35,212 nucleotides of DNA from assembly GCA_036149055.1 (NCBI GenBank), contig JAYZQJ010000002.1, forward strand, positions 1 through 35,212, in the 5' to 3' direction. The stretch is from Myxococcota bacterium (GTDB lineage: Bacteria; Myxococcota_A; Polyangia; Polyangiales; Sandaracinaceae). Of the stretch, positions 1-8,163 are shown piece after piece; positions within the stretch are counted from its first letter, which is position 1; each line of letters opens with the position of its first letter. The translations under genes and the position numbers were made by a program. The notes beneath the pieces are model-generated. The model searched no databases, was not told the DNA's origin, and was given only the letters and a program-made list of their open reading frames with translations.

Positions 1-2
1 GC

Positions 3-127
3 CCCCAGCGCCCCGTCGCTGGGGTCGCGGCGCGAGCGCGAAGCGCGAGGCGCCGGCGGAGTCGGGAGGGGGGCCCCATTGGCGCTTTGCCCAATGGGGG
101 GAGGGTTTGCACCAAACCCTCCAAAAA
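3..127. repeat. Cluster of GC-rich hairpins, REP-like extragenic palindromic element at the window edge
   Basis: Stem-loops: ccccagcg(3-10)/cgctgggg(17-24); GCGC-GAA-GCGC (36-46); ccccattgg(74-82)/ccaatgggg(91-99); ggagggtttg(100-109)/caaaccctcc(113-122), then AAAAA. Lies just beyond the serB stop. Confidence 0.6.
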
Positions 128-129
128 GC

Positions 130-1308
130 TCAGGACTCGAGCAGCTCGCGCACGTCGCGGGCGTGGAGGCCGAGCAGGTAAAGCACCCGGTCGAGACCGC
201 CGGCGCTGAGGCTCGTGTCCGCCGACTCCTTGAGCGCGGGCTTGGCGTGGAACGCGATCCCGAGCCCGGCGCGCTCGAGCATCATCGCGTCGTTGGCGCC
301 GTCCCCGATCGCGATCGTCTGCTCGAGCGCGATGCCCTCCTGCTGCGCGATCGCGTCGAGCAGGTCGGCCTTGCGGCTCGGGGTCACCACCGGGTCGAGC
401 ACCCGGCCGGTCAGCGCGCCGCCCTCGACCTCCAGGCGGTTGGCGTACGCGTAGTGGAGCCCGAGCTCCTCCTTGACGGCGTTGGCGGCGAAGTCGAAGC
501 CGCCGCTGATCACCGCGGTGCGGAAGCCGAGGGTGTGCAGCACCCGCAGCAGCTCGCGAGCCCCGGCCTGCAGCGGGAGGCGCGCGGCGAGCTCCTTCGC
601 CCGCGAGAACGGCAGCCCCGCGAGCATCCGGACCCGCTCGCGCAGGCTCGCCTCGTAGTCGAGCTCCCCCTCCATCGCCCGCCGGGTGATGTCGGCCACC
701 GCCGCCTCCACCCCGTGCAGCCGCGCCAGCTCGTCGATGACCTCCACCTGGATGAGCGTGGAGTCCATGTCCATCACCACCAGGCGCTTGCTGCGGCGGG
801 TGAGCCGCTCGCGCTGCACGGCCACGTCGAGGTCTCGGGTCGCCTCGGCCTCGAGCAGGGCCCGCCGCAGGCCGGCGGCGCGCGCGTGGTCGGGGAAGGC
901 GCAGGTGATCTCCACGCTGGTGAGGCCGTCCTGGCTGAGGCGCCGGATCCACTCGATGTTCGCCTCGTGATCGGCGAGCGCCCGGGTCAGGGCGTGCAGC
1001 CCGGAGGCGCCGAGGGCGTCGCCGATCGCGGTGACCGCGTAGCGCGGCCGGCCGTCCGACGCGTCCGGGTCGTCGAGCCGGCGGGTGGAGAGCTCGAGCT
1101 CCATGCCCTCCACCGCCTCGCGCAGCGCGCCGACCAGCCCGTCGGGGTCACCGGTCTCGACCAGCAGGCAGAGCGTGAGGTGGGTGCGCACCACCACCTG
1201 CTCGATGTCCACCAGCGCGGCGCCGCGGCGGTCGAGGACCTCGGTGAGGGCGGCGGTGATGCCGCGGTGGTCGGGCCCGGTGACGGTGACGAGGAGGCTG
1301 CCGCTCAT
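130..1308 (-). CDS. serB: Phosphoserine phosphatase SerB with N-terminal ACT domains (HAD family)
   Basis: ACT start LVTVTGPDHRGITAAL; HAD motif I MDMDSTLIQVEVIDELA; ITRRAMEGELDYEASLRERV; motif II ISGGF; motif IV IGDGANDAMMLERAGLGIAFHAKP. Start taken at ATG 1308 (MSGSLL). Confidence 0.95.
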   Translation of the reverse strand: MSGSLLVTVTGPDHRGITAALTEVLDRRGAALVDIEQVVVRTHLTLCLLVETGDPDGLVGALREAVEGMELELSTRRLDDPDASDGRPRYAVTAIGDALGASGLHALTRALADHEANIEWIRRLSQDGLTSVEITCAFPDHARAAGLRRALLEAEATRDLDVAVQRERLTRRSKRLVVMDMDSTLIQVEVIDELARLHGVEAAVADITRRAMEGELDYEASLRERVRMLAGLPFSRAKELAARLPLQAGARELLRVLHTLGFRTAVISGGFDFAANAVKEELGLHYAYANRLEVEGGALTGRVLDPVVTPSRKADLLDAIAQQEGIALEQTIAIGDGANDAMMLERAGLGIAFHAKPALKESADTSLSAGGLDRVLYLLGLHARDVRELLES

Positions 1309-1427
1309 GGGCGCACGCGTGCATCGAGTTGGCGCGCCGTGCAACCGCCGCCCCGGTTTTTCCAGGCCGCCGACTCGCGCAGCGGGTGAAATTGCCGGCC
1401 CGGGGGTCCCCCGGCGAGGGTGTTCGC

Positions 1428-4400
1428 ATGCGCTGGTCTCTCCATGCCCTCCTCGCGCTCGCGATCACCTCCCCGACCGTCGCCGCCGCCCAGGCGGTGC
1501 CCATCGTCTACTCGCGCTGCGCGCGCACCGACGCGCCCCGGGAGATCACCGCCGACGTCACGATCGGGGGCGCCACCCGCTCGGCCAGCCGCACGCTCAC
1601 CGGGTGGGACGTCTACGACCGGCTGCCCGACGTGACCCACTTCCTCGGCGGCTTCAACGCCCCCTGCGACCTCGTCTACCGGGACGCGGCGGGGACCGAG
1701 CGCGTCCTCTATGACTGCGCCTCCACGTCGACGGTGGAGGCGAGCTGCGCGGCGATGGATCCGATGGTCTCCTTCGACGGCGCCACCGTCGCCTTCAGCG
1801 TGTTCCGGGGCCCGCTGTCGGCGATCACGACCACGATCAACGCCCAGGTGCTCGACCCCGACGCGGACAACGCGGTCGTGGGCCGCTTCGACACCGGGGG
1901 CCACGTGATCGCGACCGAGTCGGCGCAGATCCACCTCGTGGACGTGGCGACGGGCGAGCTGACCGCCCTGCCCTTCGTGGACGGCGAGATCGACGCCGGT
2001 CCCGCGTTCCTGCCGGACGGCCGCCTGATGTTCACCTCCACCCGGGAGGGCAACCAGAGCACGATCGTCTTCCGCACCGGCGGCAACGGGCGCCGCGGCG
2101 CGCGCCTGTTCACGATGGACCTCGACGGCCGCAACGTGGACCTCGCCTCGCCGGACGCGCTCGGGGTCGAGGAGCACCCCTTCGTGCTGAGCGACGGCCG
2201 CGTGGTCTTCTCGAGCTGGCAGGTCGGCATGGGGCTGCCCTTCCGGCACACCAACGGCTCGACCGGCGGCTTCACGACCCTCGACAACCTCTTCCACCTC
2301 TTCACCCGCGACCCGGACGGCTCGCACGTCTTCGCCTTCTACGGGCAGCACGCCGGCGACCACACCCACGTCACCTCGCTCGGGCACGACCACAAGGCCG
2401 CGCACTTCATCACCCAGACCGGCGACGGGCGCGTCTGGTTCGTCGACTACTACCGCGGCAACAACAACGGGCTCGGCATGATCGTCGGCGTCATGCCGGA
2501 GCCGGAGGGGCAGGAGGGCTTCGGCCCGGACGAGATGCCCCGGCGCGGCGACCTCTACGCCCCGCGCGACGCGATGACCTTCGCGACCTGGTCGACGAGC
2601 AACGACTCGATGGCGCGGCCCTACGACGGGACCGAGCCGCTCGCGCACCCGGCCTACGCCGACCCGATGCCCTTCTTCGGCAAGGTCGGGCACCCGGCGG
2701 CGGCCGACGACGGCCTGGTGCTCGTGTGGGGCAAGGGTCCTTGCAGCACGGTGGCGTCGAACGGCATCTTCCGCGCGCTCGACCGCGAGGCGCCCCCGCT
2801 CACCAGCGGCAGCGGGCAGGGCACCGCCGTCAACGTGGTGAGCTCCCTCGGCATCGACACGCCGGGCTGCGACGCGGGCATCTACCGCTCCACCCGCGTG
2901 CCCTCCGAGAGCCCGCTCGACCTGGAGCTGCTCGTCGACAGCCGCGAGTGGCACGAGATCCAGCCGCGGGCCGTGCTCCCCTACGCGGAGATCCACGGCA
3001 CGCCGCAGCCGCCGGCCCGCCCGCGGAGCGATCTCGCCGACGCCCACCACAGCCTCGAGGTCGGCGCGCCCTTCGGCCTGCTCGGCGCGGCGTCGATCCT
3101 CGACCGCGAGACCCACCCCCTCGACGGCATCCACTTCGGCGGCGAGCACCAGTTCCACAACCAGGGCACCGACACCATCGACTACACGGGCGACGAGCTC
3201 TGCGGGGTGCGCATCCTCGGCGCGATGCCGAACATGGGCCGGAACGCCCACGACGAGATCGCCAACGCCGCGGGCGAGCGGCTCGCGATCCTCGGCGAGA
3301 TCTCGGTCCGCAACCTCGACCCGTCGGGGGCGCCGCGCCTCGACCCGAGCGGCAACCCGGACACCAGCTTCCTGGTGCGCTTCCCCGCCGACGTCCCCTA
3401 CTTCATGCAGGGCATCGACTGCGAGGGGCGCACCCTCAACACCGACCAGAGCTGGCAGTCGCTCCGCCCCGGCGAGGTCAAGACCTGCGGCGGCTGCCAC
3501 GTGCACTCGCGCGAGTCGCGGGTGAGCTTCGCCGAGACCTGGGCCGCGACCGACGGCTACGCGGTGCGCCGCCTCGGCGAGGGCCGGGTGCCGCTCCTCG
3601 GTGCGGAGCCGCGCGAGGTCGAAGGCTACGGATTGCAGATCGATCTTCAGCGCGACGTCATGCCCATCTTCCAGCGCCGCTGCGTCTCCTGCCACGGCGG
3701 CGACACGCCCGAGGCGGGCCTCGCCCTCGACGTCCCCGGCACCGAGGCGGGCTCCACCTGGCACTGCCTCGTCCGCGACGGCGCGCAGAGCTGCGTGCCC
3801 GAGGCGCTCCGGTGGCGCGCGAGCGACGGTCGCACCGCCCTCCGTCGCCCGCAGCTCACCCGCTACCTGCGCGCCTTCAACAGCCGCGGCAGCCTGCTCT
3901 ACTGGAAGGCCGCGAACGCGCGGACCGACAACCGCACCGACGACCAGTTCGACGACAGCAGCCCGGACGTCGACCGGGACATCGACTTCGGCGCCGACCA
4001 CCCCACCGACATCACGCCCGAGGAGCTGGGGATCCTCTCGCGCTGGATCGACCTCGGCGCGCCGGGCGGCCCGATGGAGCTGCGCGACACGCAGCGGCCG
4101 ACCCTCACCCTGGCCGCCACCGCGAGCGGCGACGCGGTGACCCACCTGCACGTCGGCACCGTGGACCTGGGCAGCGGGGTGGCGCCCGAGACGCTCGAGC
4201 TCTGCGTGCTCGACGAAGCCGGCGCCTGCGCCGTGACCCTGCCGGCCACCGCGGAGATGCACGGCGTGCTGACGCTCGCGCTCGAGACGCCGCTGTCCGA
4301 TCCCGAGGTCGAGGTCCAGGCCCGGGTGGAGGACGCGGCCGGCAACGCGAGCGTCCTGCGCCGGACCGTGCGCTACCTGCTCGACGCGCCTCCCCCGCCG

Positions 4401-4577
4401 CCGCCGCGCCCGACGGTCGATGGCGCCATCGCCTCCCCCGACGGCGGCACCTCGCCTCCCGAGACCGTCGACGGAAGCTGCGGGTGCCGCGCCGCGGGGT
4501 CCGACGGCGGGCGCCCCCTCGCGCTCCTCGCCGCGCTGATGGGCCTGGTGGCGTGGCGTCGCCGCCGCTCAGCGTGA
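1428..4577 (+). CDS. Secreted HzsA-related protein: beta-propeller-like N-terminus, hydrazine synthase alpha middle-domain-like region, two CxxCH heme-c motifs, C-terminal MYXO-CTERM
   Basis: Signal peptide MRWSLHALLALAITSPTVAAA-Q after SD-like gaggg; TolB/PD40-like repeats (DPMVSFDG, GPAFLPDGRLMFTSTR, HPFVLSDGRVVFSSW); SFLVRFPADVPYFMQGIDCEG...WQSLRPGEVKTCGGCH; second motif RCVSCHGG; Pro-rich linker, then GSCGCRAAG, a hydrophobic stretch and WRRRRS. Confidence 0.8.
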   Translation: MRWSLHALLALAITSPTVAAAQAVPIVYSRCARTDAPREITADVTIGGATRSASRTLTGWDVYDRLPDVTHFLGGFNAPCDLVYRDAAGTERVLYDCASTSTVEASCAAMDPMVSFDGATVAFSVFRGPLSAITTTINAQVLDPDADNAVVGRFDTGGHVIATESAQIHLVDVATGELTALPFVDGEIDAGPAFLPDGRLMFTSTREGNQSTIVFRTGGNGRRGARLFTMDLDGRNVDLASPDALGVEEHPFVLSDGRVVFSSWQVGMGLPFRHTNGSTGGFTTLDNLFHLFTRDPDGSHVFAFYGQHAGDHTHVTSLGHDHKAAHFITQTGDGRVWFVDYYRGNNNGLGMIVGVMPEPEGQEGFGPDEMPRRGDLYAPRDAMTFATWSTSNDSMARPYDGTEPLAHPAYADPMPFFGKVGHPAAADDGLVLVWGKGPCSTVASNGIFRALDREAPPLTSGSGQGTAVNVVSSLGIDTPGCDAGIYRSTRVPSESPLDLELLVDSREWHEIQPRAVLPYAEIHGTPQPPARPRSDLADAHHSLEVGAPFGLLGAASILDRETHPLDGIHFGGEHQFHNQGTDTIDYTGDELCGVRILGAMPNMGRNAHDEIANAAGERLAILGEISVRNLDPSGAPRLDPSGNPDTSFLVRFPADVPYFMQGIDCEGRTLNTDQSWQSLRPGEVKTCGGCHVHSRESRVSFAETWAATDGYAVRRLGEGRVPLLGAEPREVEGYGLQIDLQRDVMPIFQRRCVSCHGGDTPEAGLALDVPGTEAGSTWHCLVRDGAQSCVPEALRWRASDGRTALRRPQLTRYLRAFNSRGSLLYWKAANARTDNRTDDQFDDSSPDVDRDIDFGADHPTDITPEELGILSRWIDLGAPGGPMELRDTQRPTLTLAATASGDAVTHLHVGTVDLGSGVAPETLELCVLDEAGACAVTLPATAEMHGVLTLALETPLSDPEVEVQARVEDAAGNASVLRRTVRYLLDAPPPPPPRPTVDGAIASPDGGTSPPETVDGSCGCRAAGSDGGRPLALLAALMGLVAWRRRRSA

Positions 4578-4937
4578 GCGCTTCTTCGTCTTCGGCTTCT
4601 TCGGCGGCAACGACTCGGCGTGCTCGACGCCCATCGCCACCCAGCCCGAGAGCTGGGCGGCGGTGCGCACGCCGGCCGGGTCGACGTAGACCATCCCCTT
4701 CAGGGAGCGCCCGGTGAAGGTCATCTCCTTGGCGTGCTCCCTCGCGAGCGCCGCCTCGTAGGCGTCCTTGCCGACCCGCACCATCAGCTCCCCGCCCTGC
4801 GCCTCCCCGGTGATGCCGCACGCCATGTGCCCCCGGACGAGGAAGCACAGCCCGCCGAACATCTTCTTCTCCTCGACCGCCGCGACCCCCACGAGCGCGT
4901 CCCGCACCCGCGCCGCCAGCTTCTCGTCGTACGCCAC
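4569..4937 (-). CDS. TfoX/Sxy N-terminal domain protein
   Basis: (M)AYDEKLAARVRDAL...EEKKMFGGLCFLVRGHMACGI...LMVRVG...MTFTGRSLKGMVYV...WVAMGVEHAESLPPK is a typical TfoX_N pattern. GTG start at 4937; overlaps the convergent gene by 9 bp. Confidence 0.88.
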   Translation of the reverse strand: MAYDEKLAARVRDALVGVAAVEEKKMFGGLCFLVRGHMACGITGEAQGGELMVRVGKDAYEAALAREHAKEMTFTGRSLKGMVYVDPAGVRTAAQLSGWVAMGVEHAESLPPKKPKTKKRSR

Positions 4938-5022
4938 GCAGAGATTGAAGACCTCGCCCCTGCGGCCGTCAACGCTGACCGGGGCCACCGACAGAGGTAG
5001 GCTCGAGCCGAGAGGGGGAGAC

Positions 5023-6135
5023 GTGAGAGAAGAAACGCATCGCGCGCGCGCGCTCGGGGGGCGAGCGGCGCTCGTGCTCCTCGTGACCACGCTCATCGGA
5101 GGCCTCGGGGCCACGGCGGAGGCCCAGGCACCGGACGCGCTCGCGCGGCTCCACATCCTGAACGCCGGCATCAACCTGGGTTGGGTCAACGGCATCCTCG
5201 AGACCGAGGGCGGGCTGACCCCCGCGAATCAGCCGGAGATCGCGACCGATCTGGCGAACGCCGCGGCGGCGATCAGCGCGCTCGTGCCGCTGATCTCTTC
5301 GCCCCCCTACGACACGCGGCCGTTCGTGGCGGTGAACGAGCGGATCCTCCGCTTCGCCAACGGCCTGGGGGCCATGTCGCGGGCCCAGGCGCTCCGGGAG
5401 ATCGCGCAGATCCGCGCCAGCATGCGCACGGCGCTCGCCGTGTACCTGGACGCACGCACCCGCCGCGTGGTCGCCCAGTCCAACTGCGACGCGGCGCTCT
5501 TCGACGTCGGCTACCACTTCGGCACCGGCAACACGGCGATCCAGCGGGGCAATACCAGCCTGGAGCGGCGCGCGCGCGGACAGCTGAGCGAGGCCATCGC
5601 GGGGGGTGAGCGCGCGGCCCGCCGGCTCGCCTGTTACTTCCCGGGCGGCGCGCTCCGCTCGCTCCCGGTGATGAGCGCGCCGAGCCCGAGCACCTACCGA
5701 CGCGCCCGGCCCCGGCTCCAGGCGATGGCGAGGGCGCGCGCCGGCTCGCTCGCGTCGCCGGGCGGGCCCAGCGCCGCTCCCCCGGCCCGACCCGCCACCG
5801 GAGGCGTGCACGCGCGGCCCGTGCCCGCTCCCGCGCCGTCACCGCCCCCGGCCGGCGCCGCCGGTCGACCGGACCTGAGCTGCGCCTGGTCGTCCCGCTG
5901 GGGCGCGATCCACTGGGGCGAGGGGTGGTACGGGGCGCGGAACAAGACCCTGCGCGGCCAGCTCCGCCGCGAGGGAGGGCGCTGGGTCTACCGGGGCACG
6001 TGGGGTCGCACCGACAGCAGCCGCACGGGCACGGTCGTGTTCACCTTCGACTCGCCGACGCACTTCGACGGCTACTACACGTACGCGGGATCGAGCACCC
6101 GACACGGCTGGTCGGGCTCCGGCGACTGCCGCTGA
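5023..6135 (+). CDS. Hypothetical secreted protein: helical N-terminal domain, Pro/Ala linker, small Trp/Gly-rich C-terminal beta domain
   Basis: SD-like gagggggag before GTG 5023; signal peptide (AALVLLVTTLIGGLGATAEA-Q); GC-rich third codon positions; fills the gap between flanking genes. Confidence 0.7.
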   Translation: MREETHRARALGGRAALVLLVTTLIGGLGATAEAQAPDALARLHILNAGINLGWVNGILETEGGLTPANQPEIATDLANAAAAISALVPLISSPPYDTRPFVAVNERILRFANGLGAMSRAQALREIAQIRASMRTALAVYLDARTRRVVAQSNCDAALFDVGYHFGTGNTAIQRGNTSLERRARGQLSEAIAGGERAARRLACYFPGGALRSLPVMSAPSPSTYRRARPRLQAMARARAGSLASPGGPSAAPPARPATGGVHARPVPAPAPSPPPAGAAGRPDLSCAWSSRWGAIHWGEGWYGARNKTLRGQLRREGGRWVYRGTWGRTDSSRTGTVVFTFDSPTHFDGYYTYAGSSTRHGWSGSGDCR

Positions 6136-6142
6136 CGCGCGA

Positions 6143-6162
6143 GCGGCGGCCCTGACCGCCGC
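6143..6162. terminator. Possible hairpin terminator between convergent genes
   Basis: gcggcgg-ccctga-ccgccgc in the 34-bp gap between stops at 6135 and 6170; no U-tract. Confidence 0.25.
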
Positions 6163-6169
6163 CTCAGCT

Positions 6170-8065
6170 TCACTCCCCGAGGCGCTCGCGGGCGTCGGCG
6201 TCGTCGGGGTCCATGTCGAGGGCGCGCTCCCAGGCGCGGCGCGCGCCGGGTCGGTCGCCGCTCGCCTGCCGGGCGTCGCCGAGCAGCACCTGGTAGCGGG
6301 CGCGGCGGCGGCGCAGGGTGGCCGCGCGCTCGGCGTGCTCGAGGGCCAGCTCCGGCTCGCCGAGATCGAGCGCGAGCCGCGCGAGCCCGGCGTGCGCGTG
6401 CGGGTTGGCGTCGTGGACCTCGATGGCCCGCTCGAACGCCGCCCGCGCCTCCGGCAGCCGGTTGTTCCGCCGGTGCTCCCGCGCCTCGTCCACGTGCGCG
6501 TCGCTCGCCTCCCGCGCCGCCTCCGGATCGAGCTCGGCTGCGGTCTCGGCCAAGGACTCGGCTGCGGTCTCGGCTGCGGTCTCGGCTTCGGCCGCGGACT
6601 CGGACTCGGCTGCGGTTTCGGCCGCGGACTCGGCCGCGGCTTGGGTCTCGGCCGCGGCTTCGGTCTCGGCCGCGGCGACGGCCGCGGTGTCACCCACGGC
6701 AGCCCCGGGCGGGCTCGCCGCCGGGATCGAGTCCGGCACATCGGCCGCCGCCACGCCCTCCGGCGCCGCCTCCGGTCGAAGCAGGAACCACCACGCCGCC
6801 CCGGCGCCGACCACCCCGAGCCCGAAGACCACCGCCGCGACCCCGAGCACCAGCCCGAGCCCGGAGGAGGACTTCTTCGGCGCCGACGCGGGCGCGACCG
6901 CCGCGACCGGAGCCGGCGCGGGGATCGGCGGCGGCGTCGCCTGCGCGACCGGCGGCGGCGGATCGCTCGGCACCGAAGGCGCGGGCGGCGGGGGCGCGAT
7001 CGCCTCCTGCCGCGACGTGGTGTCGGCGTCCGCCTCGCCGTAGCCCGGCGGGCGCAGCGCGACCGGACGATGCGGGGACGTCGTGTCCGGGTCGTTCATC
7101 GACGCCGCGAGCAGCTCCGACGCGACGCTGTCGATCGTCTCGTCGTCGGACGGGAACGGCGCCGGCTTGGTCGCGTCGTCGAGCGCGAGCTTCACCTCGG
7201 GCAGCTCGTGCGGGCGGGTCACCGCCTCGTGCACCGCGTCGATCTGCAGCGGCGCCTGCTGGGGATCGGTGACGTCCTCCTCGGGGGCGGCGGCGAGCAC
7301 CGCGGCCGCGGCCGGGAAACGCGAGATGCCCCCCGGCAGCGTGCTCCGCTGGCCCGGCATGCGGGCGGCGGCGTTCGGCGGGCGCGGGGGCTTGGGCCGC
7401 TGCTCGTCGCGCCAGGCGGCCACCGCGGCGTCGCGCTTCTCGACCGTCTCCGGGTCGTCGTCCCAGTCGAGCCCCTCGAGCCCGGCGGACTGCTGCGCCG
7501 GCCCGGGCCCGGCCTCGGTGAGCGACGCGATGTCGCCGACGAAGCGGTCGAGCAGCTGGCGCGCCTTCGCCTCGTCGCCGGGGCGCACCTTGATCTGAGC
7601 CAGGCTGGGGGCGCCGGTGCGCTTCGCCAGCTCGCTCGCCGCCGTGCGGAGCAGGTTCTCGACCGGCACCGTGGCCGGCGCCGCCTCGCCCTCCCCGAGC
7701 TTGTCGAGGATGCGTAGGATGTCGGCCGCCACCTCGCCGCCGGACTCCTTGCGCGGCACGATCTCGACCCCGCGCTGGCGCGCCTCGAGCCGGGCGGCGA
7801 GCTTGCCGTGGGGCACGATGATCGCGAAGGGCCCGCGCTCCGCGCCGACCTCCTCGAGCACCGCGACCCCGCCGTCTTCGGCCGCGTCGCCGAACATCAC
7901 CGTGAGGTCCGGCGCGCGGGCCGCGATCTTCAGGCTCGAGACGCCGAGCACGCGCGAGCGCACCCCGAGCCCCTCCAGCTCTCGCCGGACGTCGTCGACG
8001 AAGGTCGGGTCGTCCTGGCCCACGAAGGCCACCCGACGCGCTCCCCCTGTGCTGGCGCCGCTCAT
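6170..8065 (-). CDS. Bitopic membrane protein: degenerate receiver-like N-terminus, long acidic/Pro-rich linker, one TM helix, C-terminal TPRs
   Basis: N-terminus RRVAFVGQDD...APDLTVMFGD; TM LGLVLGVAAVVFGLGVVGAGAAWWFLL; TPRs EARAAFERAIEVHDANPHAHAGLARLAL and GARRAWERALDMDPDDADARERL. ATG at 8065. Confidence 0.75.
   Translation of the reverse strand: MSGASTGGARRVAFVGQDDPTFVDDVRRELEGLGVRSRVLGVSSLKIAARAPDLTVMFGDAAEDGGVAVLEEVGAERGPFAIIVPHGKLAARLEARQRGVEIVPRKESGGEVAADILRILDKLGEGEAAPATVPVENLLRTAASELAKRTGAPSLAQIKVRPGDEAKARQLLDRFVGDIASLTEAGPGPAQQSAGLEGLDWDDDPETVEKRDAAVAAWRDEQRPKPPRPPNAAARMPGQRSTLPGGISRFPAAAAVLAAAPEEDVTDPQQAPLQIDAVHEAVTRPHELPEVKLALDDATKPAPFPSDDETIDSVASELLAASMNDPDTTSPHRPVALRPPGYGEADADTTSRQEAIAPPPPAPSVPSDPPPPVAQATPPPIPAPAPVAAVAPASAPKKSSSGLGLVLGVAAVVFGLGVVGAGAAWWFLLRPEAAPEGVAAADVPDSIPAASPPGAAVGDTAAVAAAETEAAAETQAAAESAAETAAESESAAEAETAAETAAESLAETAAELDPEAAREASDAHVDEAREHRRNNRLPEARAAFERAIEVHDANPHAHAGLARLALDLGEPELALEHAERAATLRRRRARYQVLLGDARQASGDRPGARRAWERALDMDPDDADARERLGE
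6533..6676 (-). repeat. Intragenic degenerate 12/18-bp tandem repeat encoding an (AAET/AAES)n spacer
   Basis: Repeated gcggtctcggct / gcggactcggcc units; translation AAAETEAAAETQAAAESAAETAAESESAAEAETAAETAAESLAETAAE. Confidence 0.8.
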
Positions 8066-8093
8066 CGGTCCCGGGGAGTCTACGCCATCGCCC

Positions 8094-8122
8094 CCCCACG
8101 TGGGGAAGGGCGATTCCCCACG
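8094..8122. promoter_or_regulatory. Overlapping palindromes in a divergent intergenic region; candidate operator
   Basis: Perfect 12-bp palindrome ccccacgtgggg (8094-8105) and inverted repeat cgtggggaa-N6-ttccccacg (8099-8122) between divergent starts at 8065 and 8164. Confidence 0.4.
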
Positions 8123-8163
8123 GTCGCTTGTCCTCGCGGCGGCGGCCCGGGAAGATCGGCGGG

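Noticed and set aside
100..127. Intrinsic terminator for serB
   Set aside because: On the serB (minus) strand the U-run precedes rather than follows the hairpin.
1329..1343. ttggcgcgccgtgca as a sigma54 promoter for the HzsA-like gene
   Set aside because: The GG-to-GC spacing is 8 nt, not the required 10.
1428..4577. Evidence for anammox (true hydrazine synthase)
   Set aside because: No hzsB, hzsC or hao genes in the window; myxobacterial context with a MYXO-CTERM tag; HzsA-like domains occur widely outside anammox bacteria.
4569..4937. TfoX as a sign of a natural-competence regulon
   Set aside because: Stand-alone TfoX_N proteins are widespread, and no competence genes are nearby.
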